DNA from: Escherichia coli
GTDB taxonomy: Bacteria; Pseudomonadota; Gammaproteobacteria; Enterobacterales; Enterobacteriaceae
DNA length: 64,000 bases
NCBI RefSeq assembly: GCF_044324785.1
Contig: NZ_CP172127.1
Direction: 5' to 3' (one strand)
Shown here: positions 21,177-32,290 of the stretch, piece by piece
How the letters are laid out: the number at the start of each line of letters is the position of its first letter
Position numbering within the stretch: the stretch's first letter is position 1
Translations under genes and position numbers: made by a program
The notes under the pieces: generated by a model
The model's input: only the letters and a program-made list of their open reading frames with translations
The model's database searches: none
Told to the model about the DNA's origin: nothing

Positions 21177-21908
21177 TTAAATGCCGAGTGGGAAAATATC
21201 ATGGCCTTGTTCCTGCCAACTGGTAAGTTGCTGCTGTTGGGCAGAGGTTCGATTTTCACCGCACCACACCAGCAATGTACGGCCTTCGAACAGTTCAGGG
21301 CGTAGTTGATTGAGCGAGTGGGCGAGGACATCAATGCGCCATCCTTGTTGACTGGCAATCCAGCCCTCCAGCCACAGACGGGTGGTATCCTGAATATTCC
21401 AGCCAACTACCAGCGCATCTTTACCCTGTTTTTTACGCGCCGAAGCCAGACAAATGGCGATGTAGTTGATCAGTACGCCGTCGAGGATCGCCAGCAGCGC
21501 CTGGAGAGTCGGTTGTTGGCACTGAAGTCGTCGGCGCAGAGGAATAAACAGATGTGTGGTGAGCGTCTGGGCGGGGTAATCCTGACCGCGCTCTTTGATC
21601 CACGTTCGCAGGCTATGCAGATTGCCGCTTTGCAGGTAAGTCAGTAATGTTTCTTGCTGATCGCGCCAGCCGTTCTGCACATCAACATTTTCATTACTGA
21701 GCAGCATTTTAACTTTGCTAACCTGCACGCCGTTGTCGATCCAGCGTTTGATCTCGCGGATCCGGTCAATATCGGCATCATTGAACAGCCGATGACCGCC
21801 GTCTGTCCGTTGCGGTTTCAGCAATCCGTAACGCCTCTGCCACGCGCGTAACGTGACAGGGTTAATATCACAAAGCAACGCCACTTCACCAATTGTGTAA
21901 AGCGCCAT
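21177..21908 (-). CDS. mlrA: MerR-family transcriptional regulator MlrA (curli/csgD activator)
   Basis: 243-aa ORF with N-terminal MerR HTH (YTIGEVALLCDINPVTLRAWQRRYGLL). Confidence 0.9.
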   Translation of the reverse strand: MALYTIGEVALLCDINPVTLRAWQRRYGLLKPQRTDGGHRLFNDADIDRIREIKRWIDNGVQVSKVKMLLSNENVDVQNGWRDQQETLLTYLQSGNLHSLRTWIKERGQDYPAQTLTTHLFIPLRRRLQCQQPTLQALLAILDGVLINYIAICLASARKKQGKDALVVGWNIQDTTRLWLEGWIASQQGWRIDVLAHSLNQLRPELFEGRTLLVWCGENRTSAQQQQLTSWQEQGHDIFPLGI

Positions 21909-22129
21909 CGTCTCACCCTTGCTCGCGAGGTCCCGGTTTAACTTTAGACGCAGTTTTGCGAACCAGGTAGTTTTGCCCGTTTTTTGTGCATCTATAGGGT
22001 GATTTTATTTTTGCCAGGCGATTTTGAGTGATCGTACTCACGAATTCTCATTTTTCTGCAAGAGTTCAAAGAAAGTTAAACGCAGGCAATGTATGTTACG
22101 CGTTTTAAAGGGAAGTGTGGTTTGCGGGT

Positions 22130-23815
22130 ATGTACGATTTTAATCTGGTGTTGCTGCTGCTTCAGCAGATGTGCGTTTTTTTAGTCATTGCGTGGTTAAT
22201 GAGTAAAACGCCATTATTCATACCGTTAATGCAGGTCACGGTTCGTCTGCCGCATAAATTTCTCTGCTACATCGTCTTTTCCATCTTCTGCATCATGGGC
22301 ACCTGGTTTGGGTTGCACATTGACGATTCTATTGCCAATACCCGTGCGATAGGCGCGGTAATGGGCGGCTTGCTCGGCGGTCCGGTCGTCGGTGGGCTGG
22401 TTGGTCTGACCGGCGGGTTACATCGATATTCGATGGGGGGCATGACCGCGCTAAGTTGCATGATCTCGACCATCGTTGAAGGATTGCTCGGCGGCCTGGT
22501 ACACAGCATCCTGATTCGTCGCGGGCGCACTGATAAAGTCTTTAACCCCATTACCGCCGGTGCCGTCACGTTCGTCGCTGAAATGGTGCAAATGTTGATC
22601 ATCCTGGCGATCGCCCGACCTTATGAAGATGCGGTGCGTCTGGTGAGTAATATTGCTGCGCCAATGATGGTCACCAATACCGTCGGCGCGGCGCTGTTTA
22701 TGCGTATATTGCTCGATAAACGCGCGATGTTTGAAAAATACACTTCGGCTTTTTCTGCTACTGCGCTGAAAGTGGCTGCCTCGACGGAAGGCATTTTGCG
22801 CCAGGGGTTTAACGAAGTGAACAGCATGAAAGTGGCACAGGTGCTGTATCAGGAGCTGGATATTGGTGCAGTCGCGATTACCGATCGAGAGAAATTGCTG
22901 GCCTTTACCGGAATTGGTGACGACCACCATTTACCCGGCAAACCGATTTCTTCGACTTATACCTTAAAAGCAATTGAAACCGGTGAAGTGGTCTACGCTG
23001 ATGGCAACGAAGTACCTTATCGTTGCTCTTTGCATCCGCAATGCAAACTGGGGTCGACGCTGGTAATTCCGTTGCGTGGCGAAAATCAGCGGGTGATGGG
23101 CACCATCAAATTGTATGAAGCCAAAAACCGTTTATTCAGTTCAATCAACCGCACGTTGGGTGAGGGGATTGCGCAACTGCTTTCGGCGCAGATCCTCGCC
23201 GGGCAATATGAGCGGCAAAAAGCGATGCTCACCCAGTCAGAGATCAAACTGCTTCACGCTCAGGTGAACCCCCATTTTTTGTTTAATGCGCTTAACACCA
23301 TTAAAGCGGTGATCCGTCGCGACAGCGAACAGGCCAGCCAGCTGGTGCAGTATCTTTCCACTTTTTTCCGCAAAAACTTAAAGCGGCCTTCGGAGTTTGT
23401 TACTCTCGCCGACGAAATTGAACATGTGAACGCTTATCTGCAAATTGAAAAGGCGCGCTTCCAGTCGCGGTTGCAGGTCAACATTGCTATTCCGCAAGAA
23501 TTATCCCAGCAGCAATTGCCCGCGTTTACCCTGCAACCGATAGTGGAAAACGCTATTAAACATGGGACATCACAACTGCTCGATACAGGGCGAGTGGCAA
23601 TCAGCGCCCGACGTGAGGGGCAACATTTGATGCTGGAGATCGAAGACAATGCCGGTTTGTATCAACCGGTAACCAATGCCAGTGGGCTGGGGATGAATCT
23701 GGTGGATAAGCGTTTACGTGAACGGTTTGGCGATGACTATGGGATAAGCGTCGCCTGTGAGCCTGATAGTTACACCCGAATAACGTTACGACTACCATGG
23801 AGGGACGAGGCATGA
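22130..23815 (+). CDS. btsS: pyruvate-sensing sensor histidine kinase (LytS family)
   Basis: 561 aa from ATG at 22130; 5TM-LytS N-terminus, GAF, His-kinase HATPase C-terminus. Confidence 0.9.
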   Translation: MYDFNLVLLLLQQMCVFLVIAWLMSKTPLFIPLMQVTVRLPHKFLCYIVFSIFCIMGTWFGLHIDDSIANTRAIGAVMGGLLGGPVVGGLVGLTGGLHRYSMGGMTALSCMISTIVEGLLGGLVHSILIRRGRTDKVFNPITAGAVTFVAEMVQMLIILAIARPYEDAVRLVSNIAAPMMVTNTVGAALFMRILLDKRAMFEKYTSAFSATALKVAASTEGILRQGFNEVNSMKVAQVLYQELDIGAVAITDREKLLAFTGIGDDHHLPGKPISSTYTLKAIETGEVVYADGNEVPYRCSLHPQCKLGSTLVIPLRGENQRVMGTIKLYEAKNRLFSSINRTLGEGIAQLLSAQILAGQYERQKAMLTQSEIKLLHAQVNPHFLFNALNTIKAVIRRDSEQASQLVQYLSTFFRKNLKRPSEFVTLADEIEHVNAYLQIEKARFQSRLQVNIAIPQELSQQQLPAFTLQPIVENAIKHGTSQLLDTGRVAISARREGQHLMLEIEDNAGLYQPVTNASGLGMNLVDKRLRERFGDDYGISVACEPDSYTRITLRLPWRDEA

Positions 23816-24531
23816 TTAAAGTCTTAATTGTCGATGATGAACCGTTAGCACGGGAGAACCTGCGCGTATTTTTGCAGGAGCAGAGCGATATTGAAATCGT
23901 TGGTGAGTGTTCAAACGCCGTGGAAGGGATCGGCGCGGTGCATAAACTGCGCCCGGATGTGCTGTTTCTTGATATCCAGATGCCGCGCATCAGTGGTCTG
24001 GAAATGGTGGGAATGCTCGACCCGGAACATCGTCCGTATATCGTTTTTCTCACCGCGTTTGATGAATACGCCATTAAAGCCTTTGAAGAACATGCCTTTG
24101 ATTATCTGCTGAAGCCAATTGATGAAGCGCGACTGGAGAAAACGCTGGCGCGATTGCGTCTGGAGCGCAGCAAGCAGGATGTTTCGCTGTTACCGGAAAA
24201 TCAACAGGCGCTGAAATTTATCCCTTGTACGGGGCATAGTCGGATTTATTTGCTGCAAATGAAAGATGTAGCATTTGTCAGCAGTCGGATGAGCGGTGTC
24301 TACGTTACCAGTCACGAAGGGAAAGAGGGCTTTACCGAACTGACATTACGTACCCTGGAGAGTCGTACACCACTACTACGCTGCCATCGTCAGTATCTGG
24401 TTAACCTCGCGCATTTACAGGAGATTCGTCTGGAAGATAACGGTCAGGCCGAGTTGATTTTGCGTAATGGCTTAACCGTGCCGGTCAGCCGTCGTTATCT
24501 GAAAAGCTTAAAAGAGGCGATTGGCCTGTAA
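23812..24531 (+). CDS. btsR: LytTR-family response regulator
   Basis: 239 aa from ATG at 23812 ([17 protein letters not shown]); ATGA overlap with btsS stop. Confidence 0.9.
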   Translation: MIKVLIVDDEPLARENLRVFLQEQSDIEIVGECSNAVEGIGAVHKLRPDVLFLDIQMPRISGLEMVGMLDPEHRPYIVFLTAFDEYAIKAFEEHAFDYLLKPIDEARLEKTLARLRLERSKQDVSLLPENQQALKFIPCTGHSRIYLLQMKDVAFVSSRMSGVYVTSHEGKEGFTELTLRTLESRTPLLRCHRQYLVNLAHLQEIRLEDNGQAELILRNGLTVPVSRRYLKSLKEAIGL

Positions 24532-24577
24532 AAGACTGCTAAAATGGCTTTTTGCCTCATCAACACCTGAAGGCCTC

Positions 24578-25048
24578 ATGCTAAGTAACGATATTCTGCG
24601 CAGCGTGCGCTACATTTTGAAAGCCAATAATAATGACCTGGTGCGTATTCTGGCGCTGGGTAATGTCGAAGCCACCGCGGAACAGATCGCCGTCTGGCTA
24701 CGTAAAGAAGACGAAGAGGGTTTTCAGCGTTGTCCGGACATTGTTTTGTCTTCCTTCCTCAATGGCCTAATTTATGAAAAACGCGGCAAGGATGAGTCTG
24801 CTCCGGCACTGGAGCCGGAACGTCGCATTAATAACAACATCGTGCTGAAAAAATTACGCATCGCGTTTTCGCTGAAAACCGATGACATTCTGGCGATCCT
24901 CACCGAACAGCAGTTCCGCGTTTCGATGCCGGAAATTACGGCGATGATGCGTGCACCGGATCATAAAAACTTCCGCGAATGCGGCGATCAATTTTTACGT
25001 TATTTTCTGCGTGGACTGGCAGCGCGCCAGCATGTGAAGAAAAGCTAA
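24578..25048 (+). CDS. yehS: DUF1456-family protein YehS
   Basis: 156 aa from ATG at 24578 (MLSNDILRSVRYILK). Confidence 0.8.
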   Translation: MLSNDILRSVRYILKANNNDLVRILALGNVEATAEQIAVWLRKEDEEGFQRCPDIVLSSFLNGLIYEKRGKDESAPALEPERRINNNIVLKKLRIAFSLKTDDILAILTEQQFRVSMPEITAMMRAPDHKNFRECGDQFLRYFLRGLAARQHVKKS

Positions 25049-25057
25049 GACGGGTAT

Positions 25058-25082
25058 GGCGGCCATGCGGAACATGGCCGCC
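25058..25082. terminator. bidirectional terminator between convergent yehS and yehR
   Basis: 10-bp inverted repeat GGCGGCCATG-CGGAA-CATGGCCGCC. Confidence 0.5.
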
Positions 25083-25088
25083 GACAGA

Positions 25089-25550
25089 TTATTTCACTTC
25101 TTTAAAACCAGCGGCTTTCATCACCAGTTCCATTTGCGCCATAGTGATACCTTTTTTGGCATCTTCAGCAGAAACGTTGATTCCTGAAATACCCTGCAGG
25201 GCTTTAAAATCCACTTTTTCCATATCGATAGTCACGTTTTCCTGCGCGTAGGTATCGGTATAGGTTAATTTTTCTTCAACACCCGCGATGTTTTTGTATT
25301 TGGCGCTTAACGGCTCAAGTGTCTTGGCAGCGTCTTCTTTGGTGGTTGCACCAATGGAGGCAAATTGAATTTTGGTTTCAGAAGATTGCTTAAGCACCTT
25401 GTCACCTTTGTAGACATAGGTAATGGCAATTTCAGTACCGTTCAGATTGGCGCTGAATTTTTTCGATTCTTCTTTGTCACCGCAGCCAGCAAGAGAGAAA
25501 ACCAGAACAGATGCAACAACGAGGGAAAACAGCTTATTGAAAGCCTTCAT
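25089..25550 (-). CDS. yehR: lipoprotein YehR (DUF1307)
   Basis: 153 aa from ATG at 25550; lipobox LAGC. Confidence 0.8.
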   Translation of the reverse strand: MKAFNKLFSLVVASVLVFSLAGCGDKEESKKFSANLNGTEIAITYVYKGDKVLKQSSETKIQFASIGATTKEDAAKTLEPLSAKYKNIAGVEEKLTYTDTYAQENVTIDMEKVDFKALQGISGINVSAEDAKKGITMAQMELVMKAAGFKEVK

Positions 25551-25674
25551 GTAAAACTCCATTTTATTTAATCAAGGAACTGGTGACTCTCACCAGGGGC
25601 TATATAGGATATGCCTAATACTGTGGCGTGAGCAGTCCGGAACTGGAGTAGAACTCTTAGTAAAAAGCACTATT

Positions 25675-27675
25675 TCATCCTTGTTGCTGAAGCATGGGGA
25701 ATAATTGTTCGCAAAGTAAAACACCGTTATTCATTGCTTCTACCCGTGCCTCGCTTTCTGTATTACGAAATTGTGCCAACACATGTGCCAGCCGATAAAA
25801 ACCCACCGCGGAGAGGTCATTCGCCAGCAACTCTGCCTGACCAATAGCACTCTGTTCCTGATAGCGCCAGCCGTTATGGAGCAGTTGAATAAGTAACGCC
25901 TGGCAGCGCATCAGCAACTGATGAGCGGTAGACGGCACAGGCAAAACGCTGGCAGAAGGTAGCGGTGCCACAGGCGCAGTTTCTGCGTCCAGCGCCCAGG
26001 CGCGAGTTTTTGTCATCATCACCCGTGGTTCCAGTGTCAATTGCCCCTCTACAAAGCTGACAAAGCCAGAAACCAGACTCACGGGGTCGTCTGTTTGTTG
26101 CAAAAGCGCCGCCATGCGTTCAACGGCAAAAGGAGAACAGGCAGATGCCGGAAGGGATAACGTCAGCACATTATCTTCCCCTTCGCCGCTAATGACCTGC
26201 GCATCCAGTGTCTGGCGGCTGCTATCCCAACCAAGCGAAATACACTCCGCTACCGGCAGAATAAATAAGTTATCGACCTGGTTGAGTGGTCGTATGCAGG
26301 CGGGGGGACGCTGGCGTAAATATTCCCGCAAAGCCACAATGCCCGGCTGGCGCAACGGCGCACTCAACATTTGCCAGGCGTCTGGCGACAGTGGAACAAC
26401 ACTACTCAAGCGGTTGCGGGTAGCTAACAGCAGCTCGCCATCGGCACTGCGTTTTGCTGCTTGTGAAACAATTTGCCCACCCGCCAGTGCGCCAGCCTGA
26501 AAACTAAACAGCCGACGCGTCGCTGCCGGTGAGTTTTCCTGTTCGCTTCTCGGCCAACTACGCGAAAGGTGCAAAATACTGCCGGTGTCGGGATCGGTAA
26601 ACCAGATGCGTAAACCATACTGCTCAATATCCTGCCAGCAACGCATACCTAAAGACACCAGCCGCAGATGATCAAGCTTTGCTTCTCCGGCAATGCCAGC
26701 GCCAACGACCGTGCGCCACGGCATGGGAGGAACTTCACCAACACTGTCGCGCCGGGCCATCTCTTGTGCACAATTTAATCGATTGTTTAATGCCGCAAGC
26801 TGACATAAGCATTCTCCGGCATGATAGTGGCTGGCGCGGGCGTGGAAGGCATCAACGCTGGCGCGCAGTTGCCGTAGCGATTCACTCACCCAGCGCCAGT
26901 TGCAGCGTTCCGCCGCTTGCTGCGCGCGGCTGAAAGCAGCCTCGTAATGAATAAGCGGCTGGCTGATGCCGCCAAGCCATAACGCCTGGCTTAATTGCTG
27001 AACATATTGACGACACGCGTCGCCCTCATCGTTGGCAAACGGATCGTCAGATGATGTGACGTGTTCGCTGCGCATCTGCCAGATTAAATGAGTAAATTCC
27101 GCTTGCTGCGCTTTGGCCTGGGCAAAGGCCTGTACTGCCAGTACGACATGTTCGCAAAGTGTGCCGTCAATACAATCACAGCGTGCGAAACGAATGCTGC
27201 TGCGGGAATAAAAACGTACATCGCTCATCGGTAAGCGGGCAGAGGGAATTTCGCCAGGCGTACAGAACAACTCAATGGTGATGCCTTTAGCGACCAGTGT
27301 CTGTGCGCGTTTGCGGGTGGCATCGGGCAGGGTAGCCAGTTCTTCCAGCCAGATTGCCGGATCCCACTCTTCTTCTTTTTCCGTAGGCTGGGTGGTGGCG
27401 CAAAGTCGCTGATAACTTAAAACCAGCATCACGCGATGGCGGCACATGCCGCTGGCCCCGCAGCTGCATTGAGCCTCTTTCAGTGCCTGACCGTTCGCCA
27501 GCTGGGTGCGGACACCGTCACTGAAGGTGGCGATTAAAGCGCCGTTCTCATGGCTGATTTCCGGGACGTTGCCATTTTCCAGTTCTTTAAGGCTGCGCTT
27601 AACAAAACCGGCATTGCTTAACGCCGTCAAAGCTTGTGGTGTCAGTTCTAATAATTCCGGCCGTAGTGAATTCAT
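25675..27675 (-). CDS. yehQ: SWIM zinc-finger protein YehQ
   Basis: 666-aa ORF with two CxC..CxH SWIM-like motifs (CSCGASGMCRH, CDCIDGTLCEH); ATGA overlap with yehP stop. Confidence 0.8.
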   Translation of the reverse strand: MNSLRPELLELTPQALTALSNAGFVKRSLKELENGNVPEISHENGALIATFSDGVRTQLANGQALKEAQCSCGASGMCRHRVMLVLSYQRLCATTQPTEKEEEWDPAIWLEELATLPDATRKRAQTLVAKGITIELFCTPGEIPSARLPMSDVRFYSRSSIRFARCDCIDGTLCEHVVLAVQAFAQAKAQQAEFTHLIWQMRSEHVTSSDDPFANDEGDACRQYVQQLSQALWLGGISQPLIHYEAAFSRAQQAAERCNWRWVSESLRQLRASVDAFHARASHYHAGECLCQLAALNNRLNCAQEMARRDSVGEVPPMPWRTVVGAGIAGEAKLDHLRLVSLGMRCWQDIEQYGLRIWFTDPDTGSILHLSRSWPRSEQENSPAATRRLFSFQAGALAGGQIVSQAAKRSADGELLLATRNRLSSVVPLSPDAWQMLSAPLRQPGIVALREYLRQRPPACIRPLNQVDNLFILPVAECISLGWDSSRQTLDAQVISGEGEDNVLTLSLPASACSPFAVERMAALLQQTDDPVSLVSGFVSFVEGQLTLEPRVMMTKTRAWALDAETAPVAPLPSASVLPVPSTAHQLLMRCQALLIQLLHNGWRYQEQSAIGQAELLANDLSAVGFYRLAHVLAQFRNTESEARVEAMNNGVLLCEQLFPMLQQQG

Positions 27676-28808
27676 GACTGAAGATTCTCCGCAAGCCAGG
27701 TCGCCAGTTCGCCCGGCGTCATGGCGGCTATTTGTGCGCCGACATTAACCAGCGCCTGGGCCGTATCGTGGTCATAGCAAGGTGTTGCGGTGCTATCGAG
27801 CGCCGCCAGTCCCAGCACTTTGACGCCGCTCTGGACACACGTTTTCACCTGATGCGTCAGCAATGATGATGAACCCCCTTCATAGAAATCGCTCACGAGG
27901 ATAATGACGCTTTTCGCTGGTTGTTCAATAAGTTGCCGACCATACTCCACGGCACTGGCGATATTGGTCCCGCCGCCCAGTTGTACTTTCATTAATAACT
28001 CTACTGGATCAGCAACGTCTGCCGTGAGATCAACGACGCTGGTGTCAAACGCCACCAGATGGGTACGAATGCCGGGTAACTGCCATAAACAGGCCGCCAT
28101 CACCGCAGAGTGGATCACCGAATCGACCATCGATCCGCTTTGATCAACCAGTAAGACCAGTTGCCATTGTTCGCTTTGGCGTTTAATGCGGCTGTTAAAG
28201 CGGGGGGATTCGATATACAACTTGCCGTGTTGCGGGTGCCAGTGTTGCAGGTTGGCGCGCAGAGTACTTTTGAAATCAAAGTTTCGCGCCAGTGGAATAA
28301 ATGAGCGGCGACGGCGATCGCGGACACCAGAAAAAGCCTGGCGAACTTCCTTTGCCAGTCGCGCCATAATTTCTTCAACAACCTGGCGCACTATCCGGCG
28401 GGCGGCAGCCAGCACTTCGGGATTCATCAGATGTTTGGTGTGCAAAACGGCGCGTAGCAGGCTTTCAGAAGGCTGCATACGTTCCAGCACGTCGAGATTC
28501 GTCACCACATCTTCAATGCCGTAGCGCAGTACGGCATCGCTTTCCAGCCGCTCGATCACCTGTTGCGGAAACAGCGTGTGAATACTGTTGATCCACTCAG
28601 GGGTGGTGAGATTTGAGTCACCTAATCCACCGGAGCGTTCACCACGCTGGAGCCGTTCAGGATCGCGCCCATACAGCCACTCCAGCGCGTGGTCTATCTG
28701 CCGGGCATTGTCATCCAGCCCACAAAGGGTCGTTTCTGCCGCTTCGCCAAGAATTAATCGCCAGCGTTGTAGCTCACGGGTGGTCAGAAGATCGTTCAGT
28801 TCAGACAT
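27672..28808 (-). CDS. yehP: von Willebrand factor A-domain protein YehP
   Basis: 378 aa from internal ATG (MSELNDLLTTRELQ); MIDAS motif DQSGSM; overlaps yehM stop (ATGTCTGA). Confidence 0.85.
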   Translation of the reverse strand: MSELNDLLTTRELQRWRLILGEAAETTLCGLDDNARQIDHALEWLYGRDPERLQRGERSGGLGDSNLTTPEWINSIHTLFPQQVIERLESDAVLRYGIEDVVTNLDVLERMQPSESLLRAVLHTKHLMNPEVLAAARRIVRQVVEEIMARLAKEVRQAFSGVRDRRRRSFIPLARNFDFKSTLRANLQHWHPQHGKLYIESPRFNSRIKRQSEQWQLVLLVDQSGSMVDSVIHSAVMAACLWQLPGIRTHLVAFDTSVVDLTADVADPVELLMKVQLGGGTNIASAVEYGRQLIEQPAKSVIILVSDFYEGGSSSLLTHQVKTCVQSGVKVLGLAALDSTATPCYDHDTAQALVNVGAQIAAMTPGELATWLAENLQS

Positions 28809-31080
28809 GGAAAACTCCCCAGTGTTGCAGCGATGCCAGTGCCTGCTGTTCGAGTTGTTGATGATGTGCAATGGCTTGCGGTGGACAATGCAACGGCATT
28901 TGCAGCGCTGAAACGGGAAGCTGTGCGAGCTGGTAATGCTCAAGCACCTGATGCGCCAGCGTCCCGCGTTCCCGTGGTGGTAGCCAGGCCATCGCCGCAC
29001 GTAAATCGGGCAGGGCGTTAATAAAATCGTCGTCACTCAGTTGATTTAAATGACTACTGAAACCGGCGATAAATGCCGGCTGACAGGCCAGTTGATGGCG
29101 GGCCAGCGCCAGCAAACCGTGCAGTGCCTCGCCGGATTGTGCCGGGGATAATTGCGCCAGCATCGTCAGCGCCGCTTCGGCACTGGCGTTGGGATGTTCC
29201 AGACGCATCAGTGCGCCAAGAGCCGCGCCGCGATCCAGCGCCGGGGCATGAATCGCCTGACTGCGGCGCTCCAGTAAGGCTACCGCCGCAGAAAGAGAAA
29301 CGCCGGGTAAATTAACGCCGCTATGTAGATCGCGCAGGATATGGCAAAGCGCCTGCCAGCTATGCAGGTGAGCGTGAAACTCCTTTTCCTCCGGTCTGCC
29401 GTTGGATTCACACAGCCAGAGTGTGCGATCGATAGCCGCGCATAACGTCGTCTGTAATATCTGCGCGCCTTGCATACCGCTAATTTCATCCAGCCGCCAT
29501 AAGGCGTATAGCACTTCCAGCGCCTGGCCCATTTCGGCAAACTGATTTTCCTGGGCGATTAATAATGTAAGTTGCTCCAGTAATTGTTGACTGAAGGACG
29601 CCAGACCCGCTAACGCCGCCTGGCTAAGACATGTGGTGATACTGCCGATTCCACCCGCGTCCAGCATATCGGCTTCTAATTTATTGCGTGCGGCTTCCTG
29701 GAGTGTGGCACCAAAGCAGGCGGCCTCAATTAATGCCGCATGTTGGCTAAGCGGGCGGGTTAATTTCCAGCGTTCTTCACCGTTGCCTGCAAGTGTCAGT
29801 GTGCTTCCCTGCTGGCGTACAATCCCTGGGATCTCCAGTATTGCCAGCCGATGTAACACCTGACTTTGCGCTAGTCTATTGGGGTTAAAGCGATTTAAGG
29901 TAAGCTCCGCCGGAAGAGAGATTGCGGTACGTTCCAGTTCGCAGGTGACATCTTTTGGCAGAGGCGGTTGTGGCGTAGAAGGGGCAAGTTTACCGAATCC
30001 GTCACCCGCTAATGTGTCTATCAACGTTAGCAGAATCGGATCGGTATCGGGATGAATAACGCCGCGATAGCTCCACGGCAACGGCGCGTTCAAGGCTTCT
30101 TTAATCAGCGAGCCTGCTATGGCATCCAGCCAGTCAGTGCGTAACGGTAGTATATGACCGCGCAACTGTGCCAGCGCCATCGCATGCAGATGAGCGGCAG
30201 CCATATCCGCTGTTGAAGCAGGCAAGTGGTGCTGGCGCAAACGGGTAAGAACCGTTTTCAGCAGTTGTTCACCTGCCTGCTGCAAGCCCCACCGCCAGCA
30301 CCAGTTTTGCCAGACCGGGGCAGGCATTCCTGAAAGGTATCCTGCCAGCACATCAAGGCGCTTTTCACTGTATGGCGTGAGATAGCAACCTGTAACGGCA
30401 TCATCCAGTGAGAGCAATTCTGGCGTGTTAATTTCTTGCGGGCATTCGCGCCACATTTTTGCCAGTGCCGGAGCGTGCCAGCCTCCGCAGACGACTAATA
30501 CGTCGCCATTATTTTGCTGCATCGCCCATCCAATCCAGCGGGCCATAAAGGCTTCGCGCTGACGATTGAGTGCATCGCCGGAGGCGTCGCCCCGCAGTTG
30601 TACAAAATAGTGCGCCAGTGCAGAGGGTAATATAGTTTGCTGGCTTTCATCTTCGAACAAGTGATCCCACAGGGTGTCGCTGTTATCCATGCGGGTGGCA
30701 CGCAGCAGCAAGGTCTGGCTTTCCTCTTGCGTATCAGGCGAATTGTCCTCTTCTTCACTCTGTGCCCAGCAAGGCAAATCGATGAAGTAAGTTTGTGCCT
30801 GAATACGACGTGCGGCTTGTAGCGCCTGCCACTCCGGCGAAAATTCAGCAAATGGCGTCCAGGCACCACGCCCGGGGGCCGCACCGTCCTGATACTGGCA
30901 ATAACTGTAAATAGCTACCGGAAGCTGGTGGGCTAACAACAGTTCGTCTACCCGGTCATTAAAATCAGCCGGGCCTTCAATCAACACGTATCGTGGCCGC
31001 TGGCTTTCGATTAACGATTTCACCAGCCGGGCGCAGGCCGGACTATGATGCCGGATGCCGACAATTAACGGCTCGCTCAT
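28801..31080 (-). CDS. yehM: uncharacterised large protein YehM
   Basis: 759 aa from internal ATG (MSEPLIVGIRHHSPACARL); ORF track extends 47 codons upstream into yehL. Confidence 0.85.
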   Translation of the reverse strand: MSEPLIVGIRHHSPACARLVKSLIESQRPRYVLIEGPADFNDRVDELLLAHQLPVAIYSYCQYQDGAAPGRGAWTPFAEFSPEWQALQAARRIQAQTYFIDLPCWAQSEEEDNSPDTQEESQTLLLRATRMDNSDTLWDHLFEDESQQTILPSALAHYFVQLRGDASGDALNRQREAFMARWIGWAMQQNNGDVLVVCGGWHAPALAKMWRECPQEINTPELLSLDDAVTGCYLTPYSEKRLDVLAGYLSGMPAPVWQNWCWRWGLQQAGEQLLKTVLTRLRQHHLPASTADMAAAHLHAMALAQLRGHILPLRTDWLDAIAGSLIKEALNAPLPWSYRGVIHPDTDPILLTLIDTLAGDGFGKLAPSTPQPPLPKDVTCELERTAISLPAELTLNRFNPNRLAQSQVLHRLAILEIPGIVRQQGSTLTLAGNGEERWKLTRPLSQHAALIEAACFGATLQEAARNKLEADMLDAGGIGSITTCLSQAALAGLASFSQQLLEQLTLLIAQENQFAEMGQALEVLYALWRLDEISGMQGAQILQTTLCAAIDRTLWLCESNGRPEEKEFHAHLHSWQALCHILRDLHSGVNLPGVSLSAAVALLERRSQAIHAPALDRGAALGALMRLEHPNASAEAALTMLAQLSPAQSGEALHGLLALARHQLACQPAFIAGFSSHLNQLSDDDFINALPDLRAAMAWLPPRERGTLAHQVLEHYQLAQLPVSALQMPLHCPPQAIAHHQQLEQQALASLQHWGVFHV

Positions 31081-31090
31081 GCATCTTTCC

Positions 31091-32179
31091 TCACGGCAGG
31101 CGGTGGCGAGCTTGATAATAAGCCTGCCAGTGAGCTTCTTTATGTGTAGCGACACGTTGTTCGAAGTAACGGCGCAGACGTGCGCGATCTTCTTCGTTAT
31201 CTTTGACGATGGTTCCGGCAATACAGTCCACCAGGTCGGCTGGCTCCCCCGCGCGATTCGCTAAAAACCAGGCGCGGACGCCCACAGCGTGGGCCACGTT
31301 CACGGCTTCAGCGGTGGACATAATCGCTGTCAGTGTATCCATTGACGTTTTCTTTTCGCCGTTGGCACGCAGATCGCGGAAGGTGCGTACCAGTAACTCC
31401 AGTACCGCGTCAGGCACTTTATGCGGAATACCGCTATGGGCCAACAAACGCGCCGAAGCACTGGCGACCAGTTCCAGCTCCTGGGCGAAATCCATAATCG
31501 GAAAGACAGTTTCAAAATCGAAGCGACGCTTTAGCGCAGCACTCATTTCATTGACGCCGCGATCGCGGGTATTGGCAGTGGCAATAATATTAAAGCCTTC
31601 CCGCGCATAGAGCTGACTGGCTTCACCAGTGAGTTCCGGCACCGTCATTACCCTGTCAGAAAGCATACCTAACAGACAGTCTTGTACTTCCAGCGGTGTA
31701 CGCGTTATCTCTTCAAAACGGACAATTTTGCCGTCGCGCATTCCCTGGTAAAGCGGGGCAGGGACCAGCGCTTCCGTTGACGGACCATGGTTGATAAGCA
31801 GGGCGTAGTTCCAGCCATACTTGATTTGATCTTCGGTGGTAGATGCGCCGCCCTGGATGGTTAACCCGGCATCGCCGCTAATAGCGGTTGCCAGTAATTC
31901 AGACAGGAGAGATTTTGCGGTGCCAGGTTCCCCCACCAACATCAAACCGCGCCCGGTAGCGAGAGTGACTAACATGCGTTCGACAGCGGAGGGACTGATC
32001 ACGACTTTACGGCTAATATTTTGCGCTTCGTCGCCAAGGATAAAAGCACGGGCCGCAGGCAAACTTAACTGCCAACCTGGCGGGCAAGGTGCGTTATCAT
32101 TTTGTTTTAATTTTGCCAGTTCATCGGCGTATAACACAGCGGCAGGCGGACGCTGCAGATGTTTATTCTGCGGTGACAT
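31091..32179 (-). CDS. yehL: MoxR-type AAA+ ATPase YehL
   Basis: 362 aa from internal ATG (MSPQNKHLQRP); Walker A GEPGTAKS. Confidence 0.85.
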   Translation of the reverse strand: MSPQNKHLQRPPAAVLYADELAKLKQNDNAPCPPGWQLSLPAARAFILGDEAQNISRKVVISPSAVERMLVTLATGRGLMLVGEPGTAKSLLSELLATAISGDAGLTIQGGASTTEDQIKYGWNYALLINHGPSTEALVPAPLYQGMRDGKIVRFEEITRTPLEVQDCLLGMLSDRVMTVPELTGEASQLYAREGFNIIATANTRDRGVNEMSAALKRRFDFETVFPIMDFAQELELVASASARLLAHSGIPHKVPDAVLELLVRTFRDLRANGEKKTSMDTLTAIMSTAEAVNVAHAVGVRAWFLANRAGEPADLVDCIAGTIVKDNEEDRARLRRYFEQRVATHKEAHWQAYYQARHRLP

Positions 32180-32290
32180 ATATTCATCCCTGAAATGTAT
32201 TAATGAAATAAACGATATTTTACGCGCAATAAATGTTTGGCGCATTAGTTGTTTGAGCGAAAAATATCTGGAAAGCAGATCACAGTAAAT

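Noticed and set aside
28808-32245. N-terminal extensions of ORF-track calls for yehL (384 aa), yehM (806 aa), yehP (454 aa), and likewise bglX, dld, dusC, mdtQ, fbaB, rcnB
   Set aside because: Extensions run into upstream genes or lack an SD; internal ATGs give the K-12 lengths as I remember them and proper gene junctions, so the shorter starts were used.
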